Below are positions 50,236 through 60,073 of a stretch of DNA of 64,000 bases, piece after piece. The notes under the pieces were generated by a model that did no database searches, was not told the origin of the DNA, and worked only from the letters and a program-made list of their open reading frames with translations. How positions within the stretch are numbered: position 1 is the stretch's first letter; each line of letters starts with the position of its first letter. The position numbers and the translations under genes were made by a program. Origin of the DNA: Candidatus Collierbacteria bacterium. Its GTDB lineage: Bacteria > Patescibacteriota > Microgenomatia > UBA1400 > JACPES01. The stretch spans positions 1,789 to 65,788 of the forward strand of contig JACRNH010000024.1 in assembly GCA_016219325.1 (NCBI GenBank), written 5' to 3'.

Positions 50236-51267
50236 ATGAATATATTTATTACAGGCGGAGCCGGATTTATCGGGGTCCATACTGCAAATTACTATTTGTC
50301 TAAAGGAGACAAAATAACAATATTTGACAATTTTTTCCGCAATGGGACAAGAGAAAATATGGAATGGCTGGAGAAGAAGTGTGGAGTAAAGAGTATTGAG
50401 GTAATTGAAGGAGATGTCCGGGATTTTGAAAAGCTAAAAAAATCGATTCTAGGCCATGACGTTATAATTCATCTGGCTGGACAAGTGGCAGTGACAACTT
50501 CTGTTGTTAATCCGCGTGAAGATTTTGAAATTAATGCGCTTGGGACTTTCAATGTTTTGGAAGCGGTTCGGCTCTATATTCCCAACTCCATACTCCTATT
50601 TGCTTCAACTAATAAAGTTTATGGAGGGATGGAAGAAATTAAGATTATCAAAAAAGGAAAAAAATATATTTACCGCGATTTACCGGGTGGAATTGCCGAA
50701 TCCCAGAATTTAGATTTCCACTCTCCGTACGGATGCAGCAAGGGGACCGCGGATCAATATGTCCGCGATTATCACAGGATTTACGGATTAAAAACCGTGG
50801 TTTTCCGCCAGTCCTGTATTTACGGAACTCATCAGTTCGGAATTGAAGATCAGGGGTGGGTGAGTTGGTTTACTATTGCTGCGGTTTTAGGAAAACCGAT
50901 AACTGTTTACGGAGACGGAATGCAGGTCCGGGATGTTCTGTTCGTTGAAGATTTGGTCAGAGCCTATGATACGGCTGTTACTAATATAGATAAAGCAGCC
51001 GGAAAAATCTATAATGTCGGCGGCGGGCCGGAGTTTACTCTTTCGTTGTTGGAATTGTTGGCATTACTTGAAAAAAAATTGGATAGGAAAATTCCCTATG
51101 CTTTTGCCGACTGGCGTCCCGGCGATCAGCCGGTTTATGTCAGCAATATTTCCAAAATAAAAAAAGAGCTTGGTTGGGATCCCAAAATTGACGTTGCCGA
51201 AGGAACTTCACGGATGATTGATTGGATTGTGAAGGAAAAAGATTTAATCGAAAAAGTCTTAAAATAA
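50236..51267 (+). CDS. NAD-dependent sugar-nucleotide epimerase, CDP-paratose 2-epimerase-like
   Basis: HLAGQVAVTTS, STNKVYG, HSPYGCSKG, RQSCIYG..QFG.EDQGWV, WRPGDQ. Confidence 0.88.
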   Translation: MNIFITGGAGFIGVHTANYYLSKGDKITIFDNFFRNGTRENMEWLEKKCGVKSIEVIEGDVRDFEKLKKSILGHDVIIHLAGQVAVTTSVVNPREDFEINALGTFNVLEAVRLYIPNSILLFASTNKVYGGMEEIKIIKKGKKYIYRDLPGGIAESQNLDFHSPYGCSKGTADQYVRDYHRIYGLKTVVFRQSCIYGTHQFGIEDQGWVSWFTIAAVLGKPITVYGDGMQVRDVLFVEDLVRAYDTAVTNIDKAAGKIYNVGGGPEFTLSLLELLALLEKKLDRKIPYAFADWRPGDQPVYVSNISKIKKELGWDPKIDVAEGTSRMIDWIVKEKDLIEKVLK

Positions 51268-51279
51268 ACAAAGGTTTTT

Positions 51280-51474
51280 ATGTCTTTTCCATATAGCTTC
51301 AAATTTTATCAATTAAGAGTATTCTCTTCTTGGTTTACCAATTTATCAGCCGGATTTCTTGGATCAATATTCTTCTTAATCAGCGAACGAGTTTTGTTGA
51401 CTTTCAGCGTTTTGTTATCTATACTATTCTTATATCTGTCAATCATTATTGAAAAGTATTTGGATAATCCATGA
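51280..51474 (+). CDS. Small two-TM membrane protein
   Basis: 64 aa, QLRVFSSWFTNLSAG start then two hydrophobic helices; ATGA-coupled to next ORF. Confidence 0.6.
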   Translation: MSFPYSFKFYQLRVFSSWFTNLSAGFLGSIFFLISERVLLTFSVLLSILFLYLSIIIEKYLDNP

Positions 51475-51599
51475 ATATAACTGATATTAATCTTACCAAT
51501 ACAGTAGCTAATGCCCAACTGATTGGCGCCTTAATCGCCATTGCATTTTTATTAGCTTTCATTGCTTCTACAAGATCTAATAGAAAAGCATCTAGGTAA
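51471..51599 (+). CDS. Unannotated 42-aa single-TM peptide with basic tail
   Basis: Translated by hand: MNITDINLTNTVANAQLIGALIAIAFLLAFIASTRSNRKASR. Confidence 0.55.
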   Translation: MNITDINLTNTVANAQLIGALIAIAFLLAFIASTRSNRKASR

Positions 51600-51779
51600 A
51601 AGTTGACAAGATCGGCCCAATAACTACCGATTCAATAGCTGATTCGGTTCACACAAAAATTATTAATCAAATTTCTTTACTGCCTTTATAGACATTTATA
51701 AATTCCTCTAAATTCCTCTAATTTCCTTTAATTTCCTCTAATCTCTTCTAAGTATGTTAAACTAACAACTCAATAAATT

Positions 51780-52334
51780 ATGCAAACAGCACCTGTGGGC
51801 TTATTGTCGCAGCCGAAATTATTATCTTTTACCCAAGCCCGGTTTTATTTAGCATCAACCTTTTTAATTGCCGGGAACGTTTTATTGCCGATGATGTTAC
51901 ACCAATTCGGAAATGCCGGGCAGATTTTTTTACCATTGTATTTTTTTTCTTTGCTTGGTGGTTTGCTTTATGGCTGGAAAGTCGGTTTAACGGTTGGTTT
52001 GCTTAGCCCGTTAGTAAGTTTTTTATCTACCCATATGCCTCCAATGCCAATACTCAATTTTGTAATCCTTAAATCTGTGATACTCGGCATAGGGGCGGGA
52101 GCATTAAGCAGAATATTTTCTGGAAAAGGGTTATATTTATCAAGCTTTTTGGCATTAGGTCTAATGCAGATTACAGGAATAATCGCGATATTTTACTTAA
52201 CTAATAATTTTAAAATGGCTATTGCCGATTTGACAATCGGCTATCCTGGATTGATGCTTATGTTCTTGGCAGGGCCAATTATTGCAGGGAAATTAGGAGC
52301 TAATGGAAGTAAAATCTCTGACGGAAATAATTGA
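51780..52334 (+). CDS. ECF transporter S-component-like membrane protein
   Basis: LP...H....GQIFLP...GLLYG...G...GLLSP..S....MPP; six TM. Confidence 0.8.
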   Translation: MQTAPVGLLSQPKLLSFTQARFYLASTFLIAGNVLLPMMLHQFGNAGQIFLPLYFFSLLGGLLYGWKVGLTVGLLSPLVSFLSTHMPPMPILNFVILKSVILGIGAGALSRIFSGKGLYLSSFLALGLMQITGIIAIFYLTNNFKMAIADLTIGYPGLMLMFLAGPIIAGKLGANGSKISDGNN

Positions 52335-52701
52335 TGAGCTTAAGAAGCTTAACCTCAAAGATAAATTTGATTTGATTGTTGGAATTAGCCGTGGCGGCGT
52401 TATTCCGGCGGTAATGATATCTTCATATCTAAAATTGCCTCTTGAAATTATAAAATTGAATTTCAGAGGCGATTTTCAAGATCCCAAGTACCCGGTTCCA
52501 AAACTGGTAGACCCGATTGATTTTAATTTCGAAGGTCAACGAGTGTTATTGGTTGATGACAGATCTAATTCCGGAGCTACTTTAATAACCGCCAAAAAAT
52601 TATTGGCAAAAGCAAAATCGGTTAAAACTCTGGTAATTAACGGCAAGGCCGATTACTCATTGTTTGAGGCAGACTGCTTCAAAATGCCGTGGGAGATTTA
52701 A
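52303..52701 (+). CDS. Type I phosphoribosyltransferase
   Basis: VGISRGGVIP and VLLVDDRSNSGATL PRPP loop, C-terminal PWE. Confidence 0.88.
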   Translation: MEVKSLTEIIDELKKLNLKDKFDLIVGISRGGVIPAVMISSYLKLPLEIIKLNFRGDFQDPKYPVPKLVDPIDFNFEGQRVLLVDDRSNSGATLITAKKLLAKAKSVKTLVINGKADYSLFEADCFKMPWEI

Positions 52702-53758
52702 GATATCTTTCTTTCCACATTATCCCATAATTTGTTTTCATCATTTTTTCTACGTGTTTTATTCCGACTAGTTTGTACCACAGGTCGTAATAAATTTTAG
52801 CTGCCCAGCGCAGTAACAGTAAAAATGGCGATTTGGCGTCGAACATCAGCCATTCCATCCATTTTCCGCGGTGCCTCAACCACATTTCTGTCGCCATGAC
52901 GATATTTGATTGATTGGCTTGCTCAAATTTGAATTGCGGTAATTTGTCTCCTACTATTTCAGCTTTCATTGACCCGACTCCTACTTGCTCCGCAAAAGTA
53001 ATATGCTTTACTGTTTTTGGATTTATCCCCATTACCTTTGAAGCTGCAGTATCCAGAGCTACCCGGTCGGGAGAGGCAAAGATATATCCGACTTTGCGCG
53101 GACTGCCGGTTTTCGGTCCCTTGCCTTCCATTCCGAATAATCCATCCATTAAGGCAAAAGTAATTTTTCCCTTGAAAAAATTATTAACATCGGCTATAGC
53201 CTGATGTAAAACCATGTGGAAATTATGCCGCAGATCGTGGATACACCCCCACTGATTTTTCAAAGCGCCTGTCATTGAGGAATATGAATGAGTTTTCAAA
53301 ACCGGCATGGTAATAATCGTATCGGCCTCCAAAAGCACCCGGCTGATTTTTAATTTATGCAGAACTAAGGCTTGGGCAAAAGGAACCAGCCGGAATTCGG
53401 TGTGGCTTAAATTAACAACGGTAGCCCCGTATTTTTTAGCCAATTCTTCAATCCCCTGAACTTTGAAAGAAATATTTGCCCGCATAATCGCGGCAGTATC
53501 CGTATCGGCAATGGTTATCTTTTCCGGACGATAAATTTTGGACGACTTGATAACTTTTAAAACTCCTTCAATCACCATTGGAGTAGTGGTACAGGATGGA
53601 TAAATTGTATCCCAGACAACGTTTACTTTGAGGACTAAATTTTTCCCCTTTACATATTTTTCCCAACGAGCCAATTCCATTGCTTTGCGGACGGCTTTAA
53701 AAACAACTTCAGGATTGGTGGATTTTTGATCGACTTTGATGCAGCTAACAATACTCAT
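52679..53758 (-). CDS. DUF362-domain protein
   Basis: LKVN, TTP, PVLKTH...TGALKNQWG, DG..GMEG.GP..G, D.VALD; start moved to 53758 because the upstream extension is an 8-mer repeat. Confidence 0.85.
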   Translation of the reverse strand: MSIVSCIKVDQKSTNPEVVFKAVRKAMELARWEKYVKGKNLVLKVNVVWDTIYPSCTTTPMVIEGVLKVIKSSKIYRPEKITIADTDTAAIMRANISFKVQGIEELAKKYGATVVNLSHTEFRLVPFAQALVLHKLKISRVLLEADTIITMPVLKTHSYSSMTGALKNQWGCIHDLRHNFHMVLHQAIADVNNFFKGKITFALMDGLFGMEGKGPKTGSPRKVGYIFASPDRVALDTAASKVMGINPKTVKHITFAEQVGVGSMKAEIVGDKLPQFKFEQANQSNIVMATEMWLRHRGKWMEWLMFDAKSPFLLLLRWAAKIYYDLWYKLVGIKHVEKMMKTNYGIMWKERYLKSPTAF

Positions 53759-53764
53759 AATATA

Positions 53765-53830
53765 AACTAACAAACTTACAAAATTACAAACTAACAAAAA
53801 AAACTAACAAACAGAAAAACTAAAAAACTC
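53765..53830. repeat. Degenerate 8-mer tandem tract
   Basis: AAACTAAC AAACTTAC AAAATTAC AAACTAAC ... AAACTAAC AAACAGAA AAACTAAA. Confidence 0.75.
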
Positions 53831-53851
53831 TAATCCTGGTTCAGTTTATTT

Positions 53852-54613
53852 TCACGGTTTATTTGTCCGTTTGTCGTTTTTATATTCAGGATGGCTTGCC
53901 AGTTTTTTCATTCTTTCGGTAATCATAATTCCCAAGTATTTCGGAACGGATTGGAAAATTGTCAATTTTGATTGACCTTCGCCGCGGCGTTCATATCGAA
54001 TAGGGATTTCGCCAACCTTGTATCCGTGAAGATGGAATTTCACCGGAATTTCGGTATGAATCTCAAACCAACCGCTTTGTAAGTTCAATTTTCGGAGAGC
54101 AGATGCTCTCATAATTCTGTAGCCGCTGCTGGCGTCGTGGAGGGGATATCCGGTGATTAATTTGGCTGCGAAAGCGCACGATTGAGAAAGAAGTAAACGA
54201 AAAGCCGGGCCGTCCATTGACCCGCCTGACACAAACCGGCTGCCGATTACCATATCGAATCCTTTATTCGCGGCAGCGATAAAATCAGGAATTTCTTCCG
54301 GCCGGTGCGAGAGATCGCTGTCCAGAGTAATAATCCATTTTCCGCGGGCAACTGCGAATCCGGCTCTTTCAGCGTTTCCCGGACCGTTTTTGGAAAAGCG
54401 GTGGATAACCCTGATTTGCGGAAATTTATCCGAGAGCTTATCCAATAATTTCCCGGTGTTATCCGAGCTGACATCATCTATGGCAATCACTTCATAAGAA
54501 AGCCGGTTGGCGGTAGCCATTTTTACAATTCTGGCTACAAACGGAAGGATGTTTCCCTCTTCATTATGGGCCGGAATAACAATTGAATATTCAGGATTTT
54601 TGCTATTTGTCAT
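53852..54613 (-). CDS. DPM1-like GT2 polyprenyl-phosphate glycosyltransferase
   Basis: IPAHNEE, DSDLSH, GSRF, DASSGYR, GQSK. Confidence 0.9.
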   Translation of the reverse strand: MTNSKNPEYSIVIPAHNEEGNILPFVARIVKMATANRLSYEVIAIDDVSSDNTGKLLDKLSDKFPQIRVIHRFSKNGPGNAERAGFAVARGKWIITLDSDLSHRPEEIPDFIAAANKGFDMVIGSRFVSGGSMDGPAFRLLLSQSCAFAAKLITGYPLHDASSGYRIMRASALRKLNLQSGWFEIHTEIPVKFHLHGYKVGEIPIRYERRGEGQSKLTIFQSVPKYLGIMITERMKKLASHPEYKNDKRTNKP

Positions 54614-54631
54614 AATAAAACATAGTCTATC

Positions 54632-55906
54632 ATGAAAACCCGCTTAATCACAGTTATAAGTTTAGTTTTACCGTTTATTTTATGGGGAAAATTAATCCCG
54701 TTTTCTTTGGCGCAGGATGATTATTATCTGATTTCTCAAGCAGCTTTTAATTCCGTGCGCCAACAGGTTTTGTCTTCGTTACCGAATACGAATTCAATAT
54801 TTTTTCGCCCTTTAGGAATGCAGGCGTATTTTTATCTGGCAGTTAGGTTGTTTTGGATAACCGCTTGGAAATATCGGATTGTTGCCGTATTGATTCATGG
54901 AATTAATTCCATTTTAGTCTATAAGATAAGCCAAAAAATAATTAAATCCGGAGCTATATTTGTCTGGTTAATGTATTTGGCAGCCCCCTGGCAATTTGCG
55001 GCAATTGGCTGGATTGTAAATATTTCATATTTATCCGGCGCAATGTTTGCATTTTTATCTATTCTATCGGCTCTTGAAAAGAGGCTTTATCTTCCGATTT
55101 TATTCTTTACTATGGGAATTTTGACAAATGAATTGGTTGCGGTAGTTCCGCTGCTGATGATATTGCTGTGCATTCCCCGGAAAAGACGTTTAATAATCCC
55201 GATATTTATGATTTTGGGATTATACGGACTTGTTAGATTAAAATTTCCCTCCGCTTCAACCGGCGATTATGGATTTATGATCGGATCTAATGTTATTCAA
55301 AATATCCGTTGGCTATTGACATGGGCATTGGGTTGGCCGGAAACATATAAAGACCAATTTATTTCATTTTTCAATATTAATAAGTCGTTTCTATCAACTT
55401 TCCCCGGAGAAACTTTTATTTTTGCCGTAACGTCAATTGTGATTTTGGAAGTTGTCTTAATAACAGCACAGAACATTAGGCGGATATTGTTTGGAATATC
55501 TTGGTTTGCGGTTGCCTTGTCTCCGGTGATTTTTTTCACCAGTCACATTTATCCGCATTATGCTGTTATCGCCGTTGTTGGCCTATATTTGATTATTGCC
55601 GATGCTCTGTCTCAATCTTCACGGAAGTTGACGGCAGTGTTTATTATTTTGTGGATTATGCAATTTGTAGCTGGATTGAAAATAAATTTAGTTACTCATT
55701 GGTGGCCAAGACATGCTTTAGAAGCCGGTAATCTGATTTCAAAAATAACGAACAATCATCCATTTCTGCCCGGGGATAAAAGATTATTTCTTGAAACCTG
55801 TAACTCGGTACAGACTAAATTAGTTCTTTCAGGGGATAATGCCGTAAAACTTATATATAATGATCCAGATGCTAAACTCAATCTCAATTGTAATCCCCAG
55901 TTATAA
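54632..55906 (+). CDS. GT-C-like multi-TM protein
   Basis: QDDY, FFRPL, H..N, NE motifs in a multi-TM ORF. Confidence 0.7.
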   Translation: MKTRLITVISLVLPFILWGKLIPFSLAQDDYYLISQAAFNSVRQQVLSSLPNTNSIFFRPLGMQAYFYLAVRLFWITAWKYRIVAVLIHGINSILVYKISQKIIKSGAIFVWLMYLAAPWQFAAIGWIVNISYLSGAMFAFLSILSALEKRLYLPILFFTMGILTNELVAVVPLLMILLCIPRKRRLIIPIFMILGLYGLVRLKFPSASTGDYGFMIGSNVIQNIRWLLTWALGWPETYKDQFISFFNINKSFLSTFPGETFIFAVTSIVILEVVLITAQNIRRILFGISWFAVALSPVIFFTSHIYPHYAVIAVVGLYLIIADALSQSSRKLTAVFIILWIMQFVAGLKINLVTHWWPRHALEAGNLISKITNNHPFLPGDKRLFLETCNSVQTKLVLSGDNAVKLIYNDPDAKLNLNCNPQL

Positions 55907-56831
55907 CGGTAAATTACTGCTGGAAAAAAATTTGCCGGCGGTTATATATTCCTTGAGGCGTCTGGAAAGGCCTGGCCCTGCGAAGCAGGGCCAGGCCTTT
56001 ATTGATTCCGAAATAATAGTTGTGGACGATGCTTCTTCGGATAGCACAGAAAAATGGTTAACGGCAGAATATCCGGAAGTAAAGTTAATAAAAAATAAAA
56101 ACAATTTGCGTTTTGCTCGTTCATGTAACCGCGGGGTAAATGCTGCCAAGGGAGAGATTGTGGTTTTATTAAATAATGATGTCAGTCCCAGTCCTGACTT
56201 TTTGTCTTATGTGATCCCGCATTTTGGAGACGAAAAAGTATTCGCGGTCGGCTTCGGAGAAATAAACTCGGTTGACGGAAAAATTATTCACGGAGGAAGA
56301 GGTGTATCCAAATTTGAGCGGGGACTGGTTATGCATTGGCGCCCAATAGACCAAAAAAGTCCGGTGGTAACATGGCTTTCCGGCGGCAGTATGGCTTTCA
56401 ACAAAAGTATTTGGGAAAGGCTGGGGGGATTTGATGAGTTATTTAGACCGGCTTATGAGGAAGACCGGGATTTATGTTGGCAGGCTTTAAAATCAGGCTA
56501 TAAAATAGTTTTTGAGCAGAAAGCTGTTGTTGAACATTTTCACGAATCCACTAATTTAAAATTATTCGGAAAGACAAAAATATCTATGTACTCGTTAAAA
56601 AATCAGCTTCTTTTTGTTTGGAAAAATATATCTTCTCCAAAATACTTGTTGAGCCATTTAATTTGGTTTCCGTATCATTTAATTTTAACTACAATAAGGA
56701 CTAAGGGAATATTTTTGGCAGCATTTTGCTGGGCTTTGACGCAGTTGCCGGAGACTTTGATATCCAGAAAAAGCGCTTCAAAACTTTGGAGAATAGATGA
56801 TGAAGAAATTTTTAAATTGGCTGAAAAATAA
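55869..56831 (+). CDS. GT2 glycosyltransferase (WbbL-like)
   Basis: IPSYNG, VVDDASSD, LLNND, GGFD, YEED.DL. Confidence 0.9.
   Translation: MLNSISIVIPSYNGKLLLEKNLPAVIYSLRRLERPGPAKQGQAFIDSEIIVVDDASSDSTEKWLTAEYPEVKLIKNKNNLRFARSCNRGVNAAKGEIVVLLNNDVSPSPDFLSYVIPHFGDEKVFAVGFGEINSVDGKIIHGGRGVSKFERGLVMHWRPIDQKSPVVTWLSGGSMAFNKSIWERLGGFDELFRPAYEEDRDLCWQALKSGYKIVFEQKAVVEHFHESTNLKLFGKTKISMYSLKNQLLFVWKNISSPKYLLSHLIWFPYHLILTTIRTKGIFLAAFCWALTQLPETLISRKSASKLWRIDDEEIFKLAEK
55966..56000. repeat. Family A palindrome, in frame
   Basis: AAAGGCCTGGCCCTGC-GAA-GCAGGGCCAGGCCTTT; peptide RPGPAKQGQAF. Confidence 0.9.
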
Positions 56832-58380
56832 TTGGCTGTTTCTGCTGGTTGTAATAATCGGCGGGCTCTTAAGATTTTACCGTTTGCAGGATTTAGCAAC
56901 ATTCGGTGGGGATCAGGGGGTTGATTATCAAAATGTTGCCAGAATGATTGCGGAAAGAAAGTTGTCGCTGTTGGGACCAATAACTCACGTAGGAATATTT
57001 TTAGGACCGCTATATTATTATTTATTAATTCCTTTTTTCCTGATCTTCAATTTTGATCCGATTGCCGCTCCGGTGATGTTTGCGCTTTTCGGAACTGCCA
57101 CCGTGGGATTGGTTTATATACTGGCTATAAAGTTTTTTTCTTTCATCCATCATCCATCATCCCGCCGGGCAGAGTCTCTGGGCGGCGCCATCATCCATCA
57201 TTACCAAGAATTCGCTTTTCTAACCGCTCTTTTCTATGCCGTTTCTCCCGTCATTCTTGAATCCAGCCGGGCGCCGTCTCAACCGCACCTGATTCCTTTT
57301 TTTGCAACTTTGCTATTAATTTCAATCTTCCGCATTGTTGAGAAAACAGATAAATGGTGGGATTGGGTGGGGCTTGGGATTGCATCGGGAAGTTTGATTC
57401 AACTTCACTTTTTAACATTTCCGATATATATATTTTTCCTGATCATTTTGTCTTTGGTTGTTGCCGCCAAACGGATACAAATTTCATTGTTTCCTGTTTC
57501 CTGTTTCTTGTTTTCTGTTTTGCTTTTATTTCCCTGGCTCCTTTTTGAACTTCGCCATAACTTCTTTATCACCAATCAGGTTATTGCTTATCTCCGTTCA
57601 GGAGAGGTTTCGTTTTCTCCGGCAAATTATTTTGAAAGAGTTCTTGATTTGATTTGGTTTTCGTTTGACCGCTTAATCGGCCAGGGGAATCAGGCTATAA
57701 CTATTATTGCAATTATTTTAAGTTTGACTGGTATTATTTCTAATAAGGTTACACCTTGTCGTACGCTAAGGTGTAACCTTTTGAGCCCTACAGGAATAAT
57801 CGTGTTTTATTTCTTGATAAATATCTTAGGAATCGCTCTTTACAAATTCCCTCTTTCAAATCATTATATATCAGCTTTATACACGGTAATTATTTTATTT
57901 TTTTCGCTAGGAATTGTTAAAATTCTGCCGAAATCATTGTCTTTTATCGTATTTATTATGTTTATAACCTTTATTTCTTCCCAAAATAATTTAGACTCAA
58001 ATCACGGGTATACCATGCCGGAGTGGGTTAACGCCAGTTTGATTGAAAAGGCCGCAAATATAATCTCATCAGATATCAAAAATAGGCCAGGAACTTATAA
58101 CGTAGTAAACACATTGGACGGCGATACCCGGGCTAATCCTTACCGCTATGTCCTAACTTACAGAAATAAAGTTCCGCCGTTGGGAGTCGAAAAATATTCA
58201 GAAGCGGACTATTTATATATTGTTTCCAGAGGTGCCAGAAATGAGCTTTTGGAAGATAAACGTTGGGAATTATTAAGTTTTCCGGTTGGGAATATTGAAT
58301 CCTTGGGAACGATCGGAGGAGATATAAAATTGTACAGGTGGGATAATGGTAGAGCGGACAGAAAGGATTTAATGAAATGA
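56797..58380 (+). CDS. ArnT/PMT-like GT-C glycosyltransferase
   Basis: LRFYRL, GDQG.D, LLGP...LGPLYYY, QLH, FELRH. Confidence 0.85.
   Translation: MMKKFLNWLKNNWLFLLVVIIGGLLRFYRLQDLATFGGDQGVDYQNVARMIAERKLSLLGPITHVGIFLGPLYYYLLIPFFLIFNFDPIAAPVMFALFGTATVGLVYILAIKFFSFIHHPSSRRAESLGGAIIHHYQEFAFLTALFYAVSPVILESSRAPSQPHLIPFFATLLLISIFRIVEKTDKWWDWVGLGIASGSLIQLHFLTFPIYIFFLIILSLVVAAKRIQISLFPVSCFLFSVLLLFPWLLFELRHNFFITNQVIAYLRSGEVSFSPANYFERVLDLIWFSFDRLIGQGNQAITIIAIILSLTGIISNKVTPCRTLRCNLLSPTGIIVFYFLINILGIALYKFPLSNHYISALYTVIILFFSLGIVKILPKSLSFIVFIMFITFISSQNNLDSNHGYTMPEWVNASLIEKAANIISSDIKNRPGTYNVVNTLDGDTRANPYRYVLTYRNKVPPLGVEKYSEADYLYIVSRGARNELLEDKRWELLSFPVGNIESLGTIGGDIKLYRWDNGRADRKDLMK
57144..57202. repeat. CATCCAT 7-mer tract with nested 27-bp hairpin (57161-57187), in frame
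   Basis: CATCCAT CATCCAT CAT [CCCGCCGGGCAGAGTCTCTGGGCGGCG] CCATCAT CCATCAT. Confidence 0.8.
57745..57780. repeat. Family A variant, in frame
   Basis: AAGGTTACACCTT-GTCGTACGCT-AAGGTGTAACCTT; peptide KVTPCRTLRCNL. Confidence 0.85.
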
Positions 58381-59216
58381 AAATAGCAACGGTCATTTTA
58401 GTTTACGGAAAAAGTCAAAATTTAGAAGAATGTTTGGCCAGTTTAAAAGTATCCAACAGTTCAGGGATAGATAATAAAATTATCGTTGTTGACAATTCAA
58501 AAGATAATGCCGGATATTCAGGAGGCAATAATAAAGGTATCCTTCAGGCTTTAGCAGGAGGGGCTGAGGCAGTGTTACTCCTGAATGATGACACCAAAGT
58601 TGATAAATCGGTCATGGTAGAGATGCTTGAAGCACTGAAAGATAAGCAAGTCGGAATGGTGTCCCCTAAAATTTATTTTTATCCCGGATTTGAATATCAT
58701 AAGGATAGATATAAGCCAAAAGACAAAGGAAAAGTTATCTGGTATGCCGGCGGGTTGATTGATTGGAATAATTGTCTGGGAATTCACCGTGGCGTTGATG
58801 AGGTTGACATAGGGCAGTATCAGAAAAAAGAAGAAACAGAGTTTGCCACAGGTTGCGCGGTTTTAGTAAAAAAAGAAGTTTTTGAAAAAATAGGCTTGTA
58901 TGACGAAAGATACTTTTTATATTTGGAAGATTTGGATCTTTCTGTAAGGGTAAAGAGGGCTGGATTTAAAATTATTTATCAGCCAAAAGCGGTAGTCTGG
59001 CATAAAAACGCCCAATCAAGCGGATCCGGGTCGGGATTGCACGATTATTTTTTTACCAGGAATAGGTTGTTGTTTGGACTTGAGAACGCGTCTTTCAAAA
59101 CAAAATTTGCCCTAGTCAGGGAAAGTATTGGAATTTTTTTGACAGGTAATAATTGGAAAAGAAGAGGTGTATTGGATTTCTATTTGAGAAAACTCGGTCG
59201 CGGTAGTTGGATTTGA
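58377..59216 (+). CDS. GT2 glycosyltransferase (WbbL-like)
   Basis: NAGYSGGNN.G, LLNDD, TGC, YLEDLDLS.R, TRN. Confidence 0.9.
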   Translation: MKIATVILVYGKSQNLEECLASLKVSNSSGIDNKIIVVDNSKDNAGYSGGNNKGILQALAGGAEAVLLLNDDTKVDKSVMVEMLEALKDKQVGMVSPKIYFYPGFEYHKDRYKPKDKGKVIWYAGGLIDWNNCLGIHRGVDEVDIGQYQKKEETEFATGCAVLVKKEVFEKIGLYDERYFLYLEDLDLSVRVKRAGFKIIYQPKAVVWHKNAQSSGSGSGLHDYFFTRNRLLFGLENASFKTKFALVRESIGIFLTGNNWKRRGVLDFYLRKLGRGSWI

Positions 59217-59229
59217 TACATGGTCTCAT

Positions 59230-59256
59230 TGTCATTCCTGCGAAAGCAGGAATCTA
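59230..59256 (+). repeat. Family D repeat
   Basis: TGTCATTCCTGCGAAAGCAGGAATCTA; compensatory variant of 11961-11987. Confidence 0.88.
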
Positions 59257-59284
59257 TATAAATATTATAATTTTGCTCACTACT

Positions 59285-60052
59285 ATGAAATTATCCGCAA
59301 TTGTAATCACTAAAAATGCTGCCGACAAAATCGAGGATTGTCTTGAATCTTTAAAATTCGCGGATGAAGTGATTGTGGTGGATTCAGGATCGACGGATGC
59401 AACAAAAGATATTGCGGTGAAAGCAGGAGCTAAATTTTTTAAAGTCGATAATATTGGTTACTCCCACAGCCGGAATGTCGGAGCCCAAAAAGCCAAAGGC
59501 GAATGGTTGCTTTATGTTGACGCGGACGAAAGAGTGACTGAAAATCTCCAAAAAGAAATCCTCCCTAATCTCCCCAAATCCCCTAATTTCCAAAGTTTCA
59601 AAATCTACCGCAAAAATATCATTCTCGGTCAATGGCTCCGCCACGGCGGCTGGTGGCCTGATCCGGTCCACAGGTTAATAAAAAAATCTGCTCTTAGAGA
59701 ATGGCAAGGCGAGTTGCACGAATATCCGGTGGTTGAGGGCGAAGCCGGGACTATAACTGAACCAATAGTCCATTATTCAAAGAATTCAATTTCAGAAATG
59801 GTTAAGAATTCCCGCCAATTTGCGCCGATTGAGGCTGAATTGAAATTGAAAGCCGGACATCCGCCGGTAAAAATTTATCATTTTATTTTAGCTATGTGGG
59901 GCGAATTTTGGACAAGAGGGATTTTAAAAGCAGGTTGGTTGGACGGAGTGGTCGGCATAATCGAAATTTTTTACCAAATGTTCCATCAATTTATGGTCTA
60001 TTCGATCCTTTGGCAAATGCAGCAGACAAAAAGAGTAAAGAGTAATGAGTAA
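59285..60052 (+). CDS. GT2 glycosyltransferase (WaaE/LgtF-like)
   Basis: MKLSAIVITKN, VVDSGSTD, VDADER, WWPD, LHE; start moved from 59207. Confidence 0.9.
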   Translation: MKLSAIVITKNAADKIEDCLESLKFADEVIVVDSGSTDATKDIAVKAGAKFFKVDNIGYSHSRNVGAQKAKGEWLLYVDADERVTENLQKEILPNLPKSPNFQSFKIYRKNIILGQWLRHGGWWPDPVHRLIKKSALREWQGELHEYPVVEGEAGTITEPIVHYSKNSISEMVKNSRQFAPIEAELKLKAGHPPVKIYHFILAMWGEFWTRGILKAGWLDGVVGIIEIFYQMFHQFMVYSILWQMQQTKRVKSNE

Positions 60053-60073
60053 AGAGTAATGAACCAATAGACT

